A stretch of DNA of 61,823 nt, the filler included, from Dugesia japonica (taxonomy: Eukaryota): NCBI GenBank assembly GCA_001938525.1. It is 6 parts of 6 records of this genome, joined end to end, with 100 filler letters (N's around TTAATTAATTAA, not from the genome) between each part and the next. Parts side by side here need not be neighbours in the genome. Positions count along the whole stretch, not along the records: positions 33,156 to 41,913 come from MQRL01264980.1; positions 42,014 to 52,659 come from MQRL01647310.1; 4 more parts are not named here. One strand, given 5' to 3'. Below, in pieces: positions 39,223 through 50,525 of the stretch. Both the position numbers and the translations under genes were made by a program. How positions within the stretch are numbered: the first letter of the stretch is position 1; every line of letters begins with the position of its first letter. The notes beneath the pieces were generated by a model that had not been told where the DNA came from, did no database searches, and saw only the letters and a list, made by a program, of their open reading frames with translations.

Positions 39223-39244
39223 TTTTTATTTATTAAAATTTATA

Positions 39245-40124
39245 AAACCGTTTTATGAAGTTCATTACTATAAAATCTACCCAGAATCTTTTCATTTTCT
39301 AAATCAGTAATTCCATTAGTAAAAGGTTTTTTCTTGTAAACTTGGGTTACAATAAATATTTCATTTGTCCATTTAGCCATTAACCCTTTTCAAATTTATA
39401 TTTATATTTAAAGATTCTAACTCGATCACTAATTTTAAATTTCTGTTTAAAACTAAAGTTATCATTTTCCTGATTATCACTAGCTTCCTTTGGTGTTGCT
39501 TTTGTACTAGAGTGAATTGTATTATTATAATCATCAACCATTTTATCTAACAAGTTTTTATTCTATTTTTGATGGGACCCGTTGGGATTTCCAACTAGCG
39601 TCAAATATTTCCACATTTTATTTTTTAGAGTTCTAATAAATCTTTCAGCAAAAACTGATTTACCTTCATTTTCTGTGTGATATAATTTAATATCATTTTC
39701 TTGAAGAAATTTATCAAAATATTTTGATCTAATTGCTGACTCTTTATCAAACCATATTTTCCTTGGTACGCTGTCACTAGTTTCAAATATAAGCTTCTTT
39801 TATTGATTCTTGATTTTTATTTTTAATTGTCTTACAAAAACCAAATCTGGAATATAAATCAATACAAACTAAAATATATCTATATTTTTCTTTATCAATA
39901 GATTTTTTAACCATATCAATAATATCACAACCCCAAGTTTCATAAATTTCATTAATTATTACTTTTAGGAAATTTTTTGGTTTTCTATAATCTTTATGAA
40001 GTTCATTTGATAATATGGCATGACTGAAAGGAGTTCCTTGTTTCTCTTTATTTTCAATATTTGAGCGGAAAATCTTCGCTGTGCTCTGACTTACCCCAGC
40101 ACCTAAAATAATTTTACCTTTCAT
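39245..40124 (-). pseudogene. Polinton retroviral-like (rve) integrase
   Basis: LSNELHKDYRK, WGCDIIDM, YILVCIDLYSRFGF, IWFDKES, KSVFAERFIRTLKNKMWKY, YNNTIHSS, WTNEIF, GRFYSNEL. Confidence 0.92.
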
Positions 40125-40425
40125 TGTTAATTTTACTAAACCTCTTTGTATTTTTTCAGAAGTAGTTGGATTTTCAATTTTGTTTAAATCATGAAATAAA
40201 TTTACAGTAGCTAAATGTTTATCTCTTAAAACTGCTTCATCAACTCTATTAATTGGTTCTTCTCCAGGTTTTGGATTATTATTTTTATCTAATCTTGTTT
40301 CTGGTCCAGTATAATTTAAGTTTAAACAAATGTCTTTCTCCTGGATATTTTTCTCAAGTAAATGGTTTTTAAATTGTTGAAGTTAATTTATAAGATTGAA
40401 GATCGCCTCCTTTCTTTTTACATAT
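40125..40425 (-). pseudogene. Parvovirus-type phospholipase A2-like (PLA2X) domain, in frame with the integrase
   Basis: KKGGDLQ...KYPGERHL, NYTGPETRLD...GEEPINRVDEAVL, then RDKHLA. The HDxxY core is missing. Confidence 0.72.
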
Positions 40426-40599
40426 TTTTAATCGGTAACTGTTATATTTTCGCAGAGTTAAATTATGATCCTGCTCGATTTGTTGATCGATGCTCTTCGA
40501 CATTTGTTTTCTTCTCATTACTTTAGATGGTTGCTCAATTGCACCTATTGGTAGTAATTTAAAATCCATCATTAATAATATTAAAATAAGAAATTTATG

Positions 40600-41033
40600 C
40601 ATATATATGTATATATAATTTAAAATGTCTTTTTTAATTTCATTGATGATTTCATGATAATCGAGTGATTTTAATCCGAGAATCACGACTTTTCTACTAA
40701 CAAAAACATTAACACATAATGGTTTATACTTGTTAATTCGTAATGCTGAAAATAATTCTGGTTCAGACCAACAATTTAATGCACTAGTCAATCTATATAA
40801 ATTCACCACATGTCCAAGATTATATGTTACCGTAATTGATTGGATGCGGTCTATTCCTTATCCACGATTGGTTTCTTGCATACCATGATTCGAAATTTTC
40901 CCTATTCAAAAATATTCATCCAGTAATCTTTTATTTTCACTATACATTGTTGGGGTTTCTTCCAAGTATTAAATTGAAGATGATGAGATCTACAATCAAC
41001 TATGCGACCCTTATAATTATTATTTGATAACAT
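40600..41033 (-). pseudogene. Divergent TATA-binding-protein (TBP)-like gene within Polinton-type DNA
   Basis: Repeat 1: MLSNNNYKG...MNIFE*GKFRIMVCK. After a frameshift (~40850), repeat 2: RIQSITVTYNLGHVVNLYRL...SEPELFSALRINKYKPLCVNVFVSRKVVILGLKS. Compare TBP KIQNMVGSCDV...[34 protein letters not shown]. Confidence 0.75.
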
Positions 41034-41121
41034 TGTTTGGCAAATGAATAATAGTCATGAGCTTATATACTCTCACGTGCTTCATCTATATAAACAAAAT
41101 CGATTTTTATAATTTCTAAAA
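41034..41121. promoter_or_regulatory. Putative bidirectional promoter between the TBP-like gene and the ATPase
   Basis: TATATAA on the minus strand (41069-41063), palindromic CACGTG (41074-41079) and TATATAAA on the plus strand (41087-41094), between divergent ATGs. Confidence 0.45.
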
Positions 41122-41750
41122 ATGATTTTACAAAACAATNNNNNNNNNNNNNNNNNNNNNNNNNNNNNNNGTGGCAAAACATTATTTGTTTGCAAATTAT
41201 TGCAAAGCAAATTGTTTCGGACAAAATTCAAACATATTTATTGGTATCAAAGGGGTGGAGGTGAAGCTGGCTTGACGAATGGTGAATTTTGCAAGTTGAG
41301 AAAGATTACGATAATTGATGTATTCGATGATGATTGGTTAGAGATTAAATACTGGAGATGTTATTGTAATTGATGACTTGTTTCAAGAGGTAAACAAACA
41401 GGCTGATTTTAATAATCTCTTTACAAAAACTGCTCGTCATGGTAATGTAACTGTCATCTTCATTACCCAGAATCTTTTCCATCGAGGTGGTATGCATCAC
41501 ACACGTAATTTAAATGTTCATTATTTGGTTTTATTCAAAAACTCACGAGATTAAACTGTAGTTGACTATATTTCTCGTCAAGCATTTCTTCAATATAAAG
41601 GATTTTTATCTGATGCATTTTGCGATGTTACTACAAAACCACATGGATATTTACTTATTGATTTTTACACAACAATGTCCGGATAATGAACGAGTAAAAA
41701 CCGATATATTCAATTCCGAAGGAATAACAGTTTAGAAACAATTGGTATAA
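41122..41750 (+). pseudogene. A32/FtsK-like DNA packaging ATPase (second, distinct Polinton type)
   Basis: GKTLFV (Walker A partly in an N gap), DVIVIDDLF, LFTKTARHGNVTVIFITQNLF, NLNVHYLVLFKNSRD, AFCDVTTKPHGYLLIDF. Confidence 0.9.
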
Positions 41751-41913
41751 ACAAAATTAGTACTGAATAAAAAACAAGAAATGAATCAATTTTAAAAAGT
41801 TGTCATAAAAAAAGGGTGGTGGTAATTTGAGACGATTTCCACGAAGTATTCCATACTTTAAGGCAATTTTAAGGGCTCCATCAAATTCTCGATGGCAAAT
41901 TATGCACTCCATG

Positions 41914-42013
41914 NNNNNNNNNNNNNNNNNNNNNNNNNNNNNNNNNNNNNNNNNNNNTTAATTAATTAANNNNNNNNNNNNNNNNNNNNNNNNNNNNNNN
42001 NNNNNNNNNNNNN
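41914..42013. other. Artificial scaffold-joining spacer
   Basis: 44N-TTAATTAATTAA-44N. Confidence 0.95.
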
Positions 42014-43511
42014 AAACGAATTTAAATTTTTTGTATTTTGAAACAGAATTTATTGAAATCAGAAATAATAAGTCATTAAAATAGTTTGTCAAATAAATTT
42101 AACATTTTTACGTAATTACCAGTATAAAGAAAACGAATTTTATAATTTATTTTATTTAGAAAACGAAATTTTAGACTTTGAATTTGTTTACAAAAAGCGA
42201 ATTTGAAATTTATGATTTATTTTAAATTTAAAATTGTTAATTTGCAAGGTATATTAAAATTTTCTAACTTAATAACTTAATATTTTTAATTTTATTGCAA
42301 TTTATAAAATTATCAAATTCCTGATTTTAAATAAAATATATTTTTTATTGTAATTTTAAATTTTACGTTATTTATTGAAAATTAAAATTAACTAATTGAA
42401 ATATTTTTAAACCAACTGATATTTTTTTATTTTCGTTTCTAATAAAAATTTTTTTAAATTTGTTTGAAAAAGACAAATTTATATTCTGTGTTTTTTGTTT
42501 GTGTTATAATTGAATAAATTTTGGAAATGGAAAGTGTTGATTTCTTAATTACATCGATAATTACTCCAAACTCATCTAACAGATAGTTTTTGAGTTTCGT
42601 AAGTATAATAATGCCGCCAATGCTACAAATACAATTAATCCTTCTGTATAAATATTGGAACATGTCAATGTTGGCTGAAAAAATTTAAGAATGGAGATTT
42701 CAGTGTTCTCAACAGTATAAAACCTGGACGACCCACTGATGTTGATAATGATCCATTGTTCACAATAGTGCTTAAAGTAACTTAACAAAGTGCAATCAAC
42801 TTTCATTTGAAAACAAATTCAACGTATAACAATCTGTAGAGTCCTTTTGTTCAGGTTATTTGTTTCAGGTTTCGCAGATAGATTTTTCTCCAACAAGTTG
42901 TTACTGGAGATACAAAACGGGATTCTATATAGCAGTCCACATAAGAAGAGCAATGGCTATAATCTTAAAGCAGTTCTTCATCCAAAAAAAGATTTTCCTG
43001 TCAGTATGGTGGGATATCAAAGGAATCATTCATTATGAGATACTTAAATCTAATCAAACTGTAAAATTTGGTTATTATTGTGCTCATCTTTATTTATTAA
43101 ATGCAGTTTTGATAAATAAACGACAAAGATTGATATAAAGAAATGGTGTGATAATTCTGCATGCCAGAATCCTCAAAGAAAAAAAATCATAGAGTTAGTT
43201 TTGGAAAAACTGCCTAGCCACACTTTAGTTTCCCAATGCTGCGCCATGATATTATAAACTTTTTAGGTCCATCGAGTATTTTCTTCGTGGAAAAAAATCT
43301 TCTACTGTAGAGGGTATCCAAATTGGACTTGGAGAATATTTAAATAATCTTCATTTTTCAAAAAGCGAATTGAAATCTAGAAAGATAGATGGGCACATTT
43401 CGTAAATAATGGTGGTGATTATATTACGTATTACAATTTCTATTTTTTGTTAAACTGTTAAAAAAAAATTTGTTTATTATAAAAGAAAGACATATCTTGC
43501 TACACCTGATA
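42014..43511 (+). mobile_element. Mariner transposon, decayed transposase plus 3' TIR
   Basis: FEFRKYNNAANA, WLKKFKNGDFS...PGRP, QVVTGD, LHPKKIFLSVWWDIKGIIHYEILK, YYKLFRSI, RWAHFVNNGGDYI. End tcttgctacacctgata. Confidence 0.9.
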
Positions 43512-44713
43512 CTTTTAGAGTAAATCTTAATAAAATATGATTAATACATAGAAATAGTCGTTTTACTTTATTAATTTTTTTACATATTCCAAGAAATGAG
43601 AATATTGGTTTCATGAATTTTTTTATAATAGTTTAATAATGAAACAGCCAAATAATTAATATTGAAAATAATCAAATTTCCCTAATATTTGATTCGGTAT
43701 TAATATCAAAAAATTAATGACATGGAAAATTATACTTATTTTTATTTTGATATAATAACTATAATTTATGAAAACTATTTGAGTATTCTAGTTTCAGGCA
43801 AAATCAGTTTATACAGAAAATCTTTGTAATATTTCCTCGGGAAACACTTACCAAACTTAATAAGAAAATTCAATATTTGTTATTTCAATAAAAAACGTTA
43901 TTATTAATATTATTATTATAATTAATAATAATAATATAAATAATAATATAAACAATAATAATAATATCATAATAATAGTATTAAAAGAATGCTTAAATAA
44001 AGAATAAAATTGATCGACAACGGGATATAAATTNAAGTTTGAAATGACTAAAATGAATAGCATTGATAACAAATTAATGTACATTAAAACAAATGACTAA
44101 TATTGCAGTGACTTATGAGTGATGTTTGTATGGCATAGATAAAATATAACTACAATTCTCGCTACGACGTCATCAACCGTGTTGTTGTTTATTCAATAAT
44201 GTACAATGGGTTAACAGAGGATAAAAATCACAAACGCGTATGAAAATCAAATGCTAAATGTCAACAAAAAACATTACATCATTTAACAGATGAATTATAA
44301 ATTAATAAAGACTGAAGTTTAATTCTTGCAAATTTTTCAGTATTTATTTCCGTTTTTATTAGAATTTTCTTTTAAATTTTGCCACATTGTCTTTATTAGA
44401 TTTATTGATTATTTTTTCTGGATAAAACATTTCTTTTCTATTAAAATGGTTGTCAGCAAGGCACATGCAGAAATTTGAAAATGATAAATTCAATGAGAAT
44501 AATTTCAAAATACAACATACTACTTGTTTATGCGAATGTGTAACAGTAGAACAAATAAATCTATAAATTCTGAAATTCTTTATTTCATCTAACTTGATTT
44601 TGTTACTGTAAATGTTTCAAATTGTTATTCTTATATTACTTATAAATGTACTATTGCTTTTATTGTGTTGTGAAATAGATTCTCTATACTTTTCTATTAA
44701 TTATTGCTTTGTA

Positions 44714-44715
<2 letters not shown>

Positions 44716-44751
<36 letters not shown>

Positions 44752-44815
44752 NNNNNNNNNNNNNNNNNNNNNNNNNNNNNNNNNNNNNNNNNNNNNNNNN
44801 NATTATTATTATTAA
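44716..44815. repeat. (TAT)n microsatellite spanning a gap
   Basis: Visible trinucleotide run on both sides of the N gap. Confidence 0.9.
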
Positions 44816-45669
44816 TATTAATATTGTTGGGGTACGGGTGATTATTTTAATAATTTTTTTGCAGTTATTATGTAGATAATCTATGAGGACTTGTCCACAC
44901 CCGTCCATGATTTACTCGACCACCCTGTGTCCAGTTTTCTCAACGTCGTCGGTGACTCCTACACGAGTGTGTAGTCACGTATCGATTTGGTTAAGGTTCG
45001 TGATATTAACTGAAGAACGATAGAAGCTCTTTGATTGATCAAATTTTCAGTTCAAAATAAACAGTCTTAGCTTGATGATTTATTATTAATTTATCACAAT
45101 CACCATAGTTTGTTCCATAAGTCACATCAATGTAACATTCATCGCTGAGCATTGATTTCCAAAATCATGACTGTTTGTTGGGTGCCTTGTTGATCCGAAA
45201 TTTTTCGTTCGAATCCTTTACTTGCTCCTTTATCTCGACATCAGCCATAGACTTTCGAAATCACAAGCATCCTTCGTTTCTTTGCTTAATATTCATTAAA
45301 AGTTTCATTGTTGAGCGATCGAGGTTAGATTCCTTATCCATGTGAAGAAAATACGATAAAATAGAGGTAGAACAGGATAAAAGTACAAAAATAGACGATC
45401 AATGTGTGCAATATGTGTAAAGTAAAGAAGACAATAGTGAAAGTTCCAATTTTTATTGGTTTAAAGTTTTAAATGTTTCTCAGTTTAACCTATTTATGCG
45501 ATTATACACCCACTTTCCATCATTCTTTTGGGTTATTTCCCCAGTTTTTGTACTTTTATCATTAATTACCCTGTTTTACTTTTATTTTACCGTAATTTTT
45601 TTGTATAAATGAGTTTCGTCTTGTGAAAAATAGGTATTCTTTTCAATAAAATTCTTCATTATTTGCTTT

Positions 45670-46550
45670 CATCTTTGCTTGCTCCTGGGTTTCCCTGCGT
45701 GCAACTTAGATTTATGGGTTTCTTTTTTCTTTTAGATACCTAATTATCAGTGACATTGTTAGTAAAATAAATCGACAAATTGAAAATATGAGTTTCATCA
45801 TTCTAAAATAAAGGCTAATCGTTGAAAGTTCTAGCTTTATCTTAGAAAAATTATGGACAAAAAATTATGAAAAATCATAGAAAATACGAGTTTTACCATT
45901 GGAAAATATGAGTTTGGACATAGAAAATATTTAATAGGGTAAATCTACTCACTAATTATATAACATTTATTTTATACATACAGTCAATTAATATGCTTAA
46001 TCTATACACTTTTTGNNNCTTTTTGCACCATTTTGCCATAATTTAGTCATTTTTAAACATATATTCCTATTTCCCCCTACTTGACATTATTTTTTCTTTT
46101 TTCTATTGGGTTTTAATCCTTAAAGATCGATATAAATTGATAAAAGAAGTCATTGAGTGAGTAAGAACTGGTATGAGATGCTTCTTATTTACGATAATAT
46201 AATCATTTCAGTATATTTTTTATCATCTAATTATTCTTCTGCTTTTTTGCTTGCTCCTTAGTTCATTGCTTACTCATTGGCAACCCTGCTTGCTCATGGG
46301 TTTTCTTTCTTTCTAGATAGTCAATATTCAGATACAATATTAGAAAATAAGAGTTTAACATAGAAAGTACGTGTCTCATCATTAGAAATACTTGATTCGT
46401 CATTAAAAATATTGATCTCAAAATTGAAAATACAGGTTTAATAGAGAATATATGTTTAATGGCAAATATGAGTATTACCATGAAAATATTGGTTTTAACA
46501 AGAAAATAATGGCTTCAATATGAAAATATAGGTTTTATCATTGAATATAA
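45670..46550 (+). repeat. ~575-bp degenerate duplication containing ~21-bp periodic minisatellites
   Basis: tttgcttgctcct...atgggttt..tttct..tagata at ~45674 and ~46246, each followed by gaaaatatgagttttatcatt-like units. Confidence 0.7.
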
Positions 46551-48363
46551 GACAATTAAACCAGATACATTCAATAAATCAATTGTTGTAAGTATGCCCT
46601 ACTACATTAGGATTTATTGATATTTCATTACTGAGAACAACACAGAGACATGTAGGTAATACCTATTCAATTATTACTTATCCAAATCAGGTTTTCACTT
46701 CATTCTTAGTATATTTCTTTGCTTTAAGTTAGAGAAAAGACTAATTAAGGGTAAGATAGGGTAGATGTAAGAGAAGAATTAAATGATGACAAGAGCGAAA
46801 TAAAATGATCTAATTTACTTGAAGTAAATAATTTTATCTGAAATTTACATGATGTATGCAAGATGAATGCACAATGTGGTGTATTTTATCCTAATACACA
46901 TGTAAAGTATGAGTACATTATAAGTGCAAGATTAGTGCAATATGAATACCACTCACATGGCATTCTAACATTATTCCTGGGATGGAATATATGGAAATTT
47001 CTTATTCTAATTTCTTACAAGTTTTATGACCCACTAATTTATTCATATAATTATTTAGTAAAACACATTGAATTCTAATTTTGATATTCTCCAGAAAACA
47101 TCGACTATTAATAATTCCATTTCAAATGCTTTTATAAAATTTTCATCAGTTTACACTTGTTCAATTACCTTTTCAAATCATTTACCCCTCAATCACTTAG
47201 TTAATGGTTTAATTTATTCACCCGTTATTTCATATAGTCAACTCTATGATTCACCCTGAATCTGTACTTTACAACCAATAACCGGTTAATTATTAATATA
47301 TTTTTACCTTAATAAATATCCTTTGAAAATACACCTTTTAATTTTTAAAACGAATAATTAATCCAACCATTTGTCAATTCGTTCTAAAAAATTCAATCAC
47401 TTAATACATTGAACCATTCATTAAAAAAAATATTCACTAAGTTCTAAAAATTTCTTTGGATTTTCTTCATAAATTTTTAATTAATTTTAATTACAACAAA
47501 CAAAATATAGACTAGGTTTTAAAATATGTGCAAATTTTCTTTAAGTCACTTAGCATTTTAATAGGTATAGAAAAAATTTCAATCAATATAGACTAAGTTT
47601 CATAAATTTCCTTGCATTTCACCAATAATCCAATTGAACCATTAAATAACATGAATTATGGTCCAGATTTTATAAATTATTTGATAAGTAATTCATTCAC
47701 CTATGATATTTTCCCTTTTAAACATTAAAATATTTCAAAATTAATTAGTTAAATCTATAAAAATTTTATTCAATCAAAAATTGTAACATGAATCAAATTA
47801 ATAACTATTTGAGTAGCTTACTTGATTTATTGAATTAAATTTTAGAATTTTCCTTATTTTATTTCAGTATTTACTCAAAGTGAAACCATATAGGTTTTCT
47901 TCTTTATAATTGATTTTTAATCGTAAAAGCTTAAATTTTATCAAGTAATACCAATAATAAGCATATATTTATGTAAAAGCCTAAATTTTCGCTTCTTATT
48001 TAAAAACATCTAAAATTAATATTTGTTACACTTAAAATTAAAGTTTCAGTTACTTTTCTGATAATTATTTGAAAATTATTAAATCCATCATATTTAATTT
48101 ATTCAATAAATATTNTTTGCAATATTTTCAATTCTTAATAAATTTGCTATTATAATTTGGATTTAACCATAAAAAATATACATGAAATCTCATTTATTTT
48201 CCAAATTACCTTTAATAATCTATTCAAAACATAATTTAATTTACCCACAAAAGCATAGTTTTAATCAAATTACATATTGAAAATTAATCAATTCATCATA
48301 ATTAATCTATTCAGTTATTAAATAATTAATTCATTCCATATTTCGAGTATTGATTGAATAAAT

Positions 48364-50110
48364 TGTGAATCCTCCATATTATTAGATAAATATCACTTAT
48401 AAGTATATATATAAAGTTTGTTTAAATATTATCAGTTTTGTAATTATTATTTGAATTTTAATAAATAAACATTATGGAAGAATCTTGTGTTCTAACTGGC
48501 GACCATGTAACAGTGAACACGATGACATAAAAAGAAAAAGATGAAAGACAAAATTTTTTTTCCAAATTACCGTCTAATTTCAAAGACTAGTTTCTTTGAT
48601 GGATTATCAGATACAGCTAAAGAGTGGCTTCAAACCACAAAAGAAATCGCGTCGTTCAATCAGATGGAATTATCGTTTGTCTTTGATATGCTAATGCGAC
48701 ACGATGCTAAGAAATTGTGATTCGAAAAAACAAAAAAAAATCATTTTTCAGGAAACATTGGTCGATAAAGTTTCAATCTTGTCAAAAATAATGCAGAGAC
48801 CAAATGAAAAATATCGAAATTTTGAAATTAGAGTTAGAAAACTTGTCAATGAAGTATTTTCAAGTAAAAAGTNNNNNNNNNNNNNNNNNNNNNNNNNNNN
48901 NNNNNNNNNNNNNNNNNNNNNNCTACATTGTTTATAACTAATGGCATACGGAGCGAAAAGTTGAAGGAATCATTTGTCCTCCAACCTGAGTTAACAGGTA
49001 TTCAACGAAGAGAATTGGCTACTAAATTGAATAACTTAATACCAGCGCACTATTTAAGTATGGTGAAAGAGAGTTATACTGATTCATTAAAAAAGAATAT
49101 ATATCAATCCAAATTTGGAAACAATCACCCAAAGATAAATGTTCAAAGGAAAACAAATATTATAGACCGACCAACTCGCTTTCAAGAAGATCCATTTTGA
49201 ACAAAGCAAGCCGATACAAAAACAATGTCAGTACAATAATTTCGCGCAGTATTCATTGAAACATCTAGCAAATAAACTATATTGTAAAGCTAAAGGGAAA
49301 ATACCACCTCGAAACGAAATCCTAAAGACATAAGCTTGTTTTTGCTATGGAGAAACTAGTCGTAAATAGATGAATTGCCTATTGAAAGGAAAATGCTTAA
49401 TTTGTAGAAAGGAAGGTCATAGTTTTCGGGATTGTTTGCTAATTCGAGTAAAAGATTTTTCGGTGTCTAAATTTTTGTGTATTGCAGAAGAGTTTGATAA
49501 TCGGTCCTGTACAAGGGAATCTATAGATTATATACATGATTTCCTTACAGACGATGACGCTATAAAAAATGATTGGCAATCCACTACATCCATCTCATCA
49601 GTGAGGTTGAAATAACCAATCGCAAAACCAGAGATGCAAGAATGATATTTTATAAAAAGAAGNNNNNNNNNNNNNNNNNNGGAAGAGAATGGAGTATAAT
49701 GCAGTGTAATGGATATGACGTTGAAATGTTATGGGATTCAGGAGCATCAATATCATTAATGGGTGCAGAAGTCTAGAGAAAAATTGGATCTCCGGCGTTA
49801 TCGCAGTCGCAGATTGTGTTATCAGGAGTTTTTTCAGAGAAAAGAGAAAGATGTATTGGTAAAACTAAAATTACATTTGCATTGGTATGGAAAACGAAGA
49901 GAAAAAGAGGTAGTAATTGTCAAAGATATTCGTCCCTAATTTATTGGGGGCATTGATATGATGAGGATATTTGGAATGAAGATAACCAAAGTTATTTTAA
50001 TTGATTCAAAGAATGTTGTTGAGTCAGTTGTTGAGGATCCCAAAAGAGTGAAAAATGTTCTTAATATTCAAAAGAATGTCAATCAAGAAATTAGAAGACT
50101 GATAGATCCT
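48364..50110 (+). mobile_element. Ty3/Gypsy LTR retrotransposon 5' part (LTR end, PBS, gag, protease), decayed
   Basis: TATA/AATAAA-containing segment, then PBS-like TGGCGACC (~48497). QRPNEKYRNFEIRVRKL, tandem knuckles CFCYGETS.../CLICRKEGHSFRDC, protease MLWDSGASISLM. Confidence 0.82.
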
Positions 50111-50525
50111 AGACAGAGGTTCAAGAGTATTTATTAACCGCAATTATGAAGGATTCTTTGAGAACATATTTTCATATAAACTCGAATCTTTTAATCCTGA
50201 AATAAATAATTAAATTTATTTATTTCATTTTAACTACAATATTTGTATAGGAAATTGCTGAGCTTAAGATTTCCAGCTTTAAAATTTACTTTAAATTAAA
50301 TGGATAAGTGTGAAGTATTTGTTAAAATTGAAAGAAAAACCGTTAAAATTGTATTTATGCTAAATTGACAGTTATACGAAACAAAATACACTCCTTCAAA
50401 AAATTTGACCTCATTTGTTATCATAAACGCTTTTATAATTATATATATAATTATTTATATAAATACAGATTTGAGGAATCGATTATGTATTAACTTTCGA
50501 GCACTTTAAATTCATATATAATCAA

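Larger units (their letters stand above)
35950..40425 (-). mobile_element. Endogenous Polinton/Maverick (adintovirus-like) gene block, decayed
   Basis: Tightly packed, intronless, co-oriented genes: PLA2X-integrase, A32/FtsK ATPase, small ORF, cupiennin-like, ORF, penton, adenain (listed separately). Confidence 0.9.

Noticed and set aside
40369-40809. 146-aa ORF as a single real protein
   Set aside because: It is a read-through chimera of TBP-like repeat 2, an unknown small ORF and the PLA2X start.
4451-41033. Cluster of basal transcription genes (TFIIH p62 plus TBP-like)
   Set aside because: They are on different scaffold segments separated by three artificial spacers.
43857-44908. Poly-Ile/Tyr ORFs
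   Set aside because: Translations of (TAT/ATA)n microsatellites.
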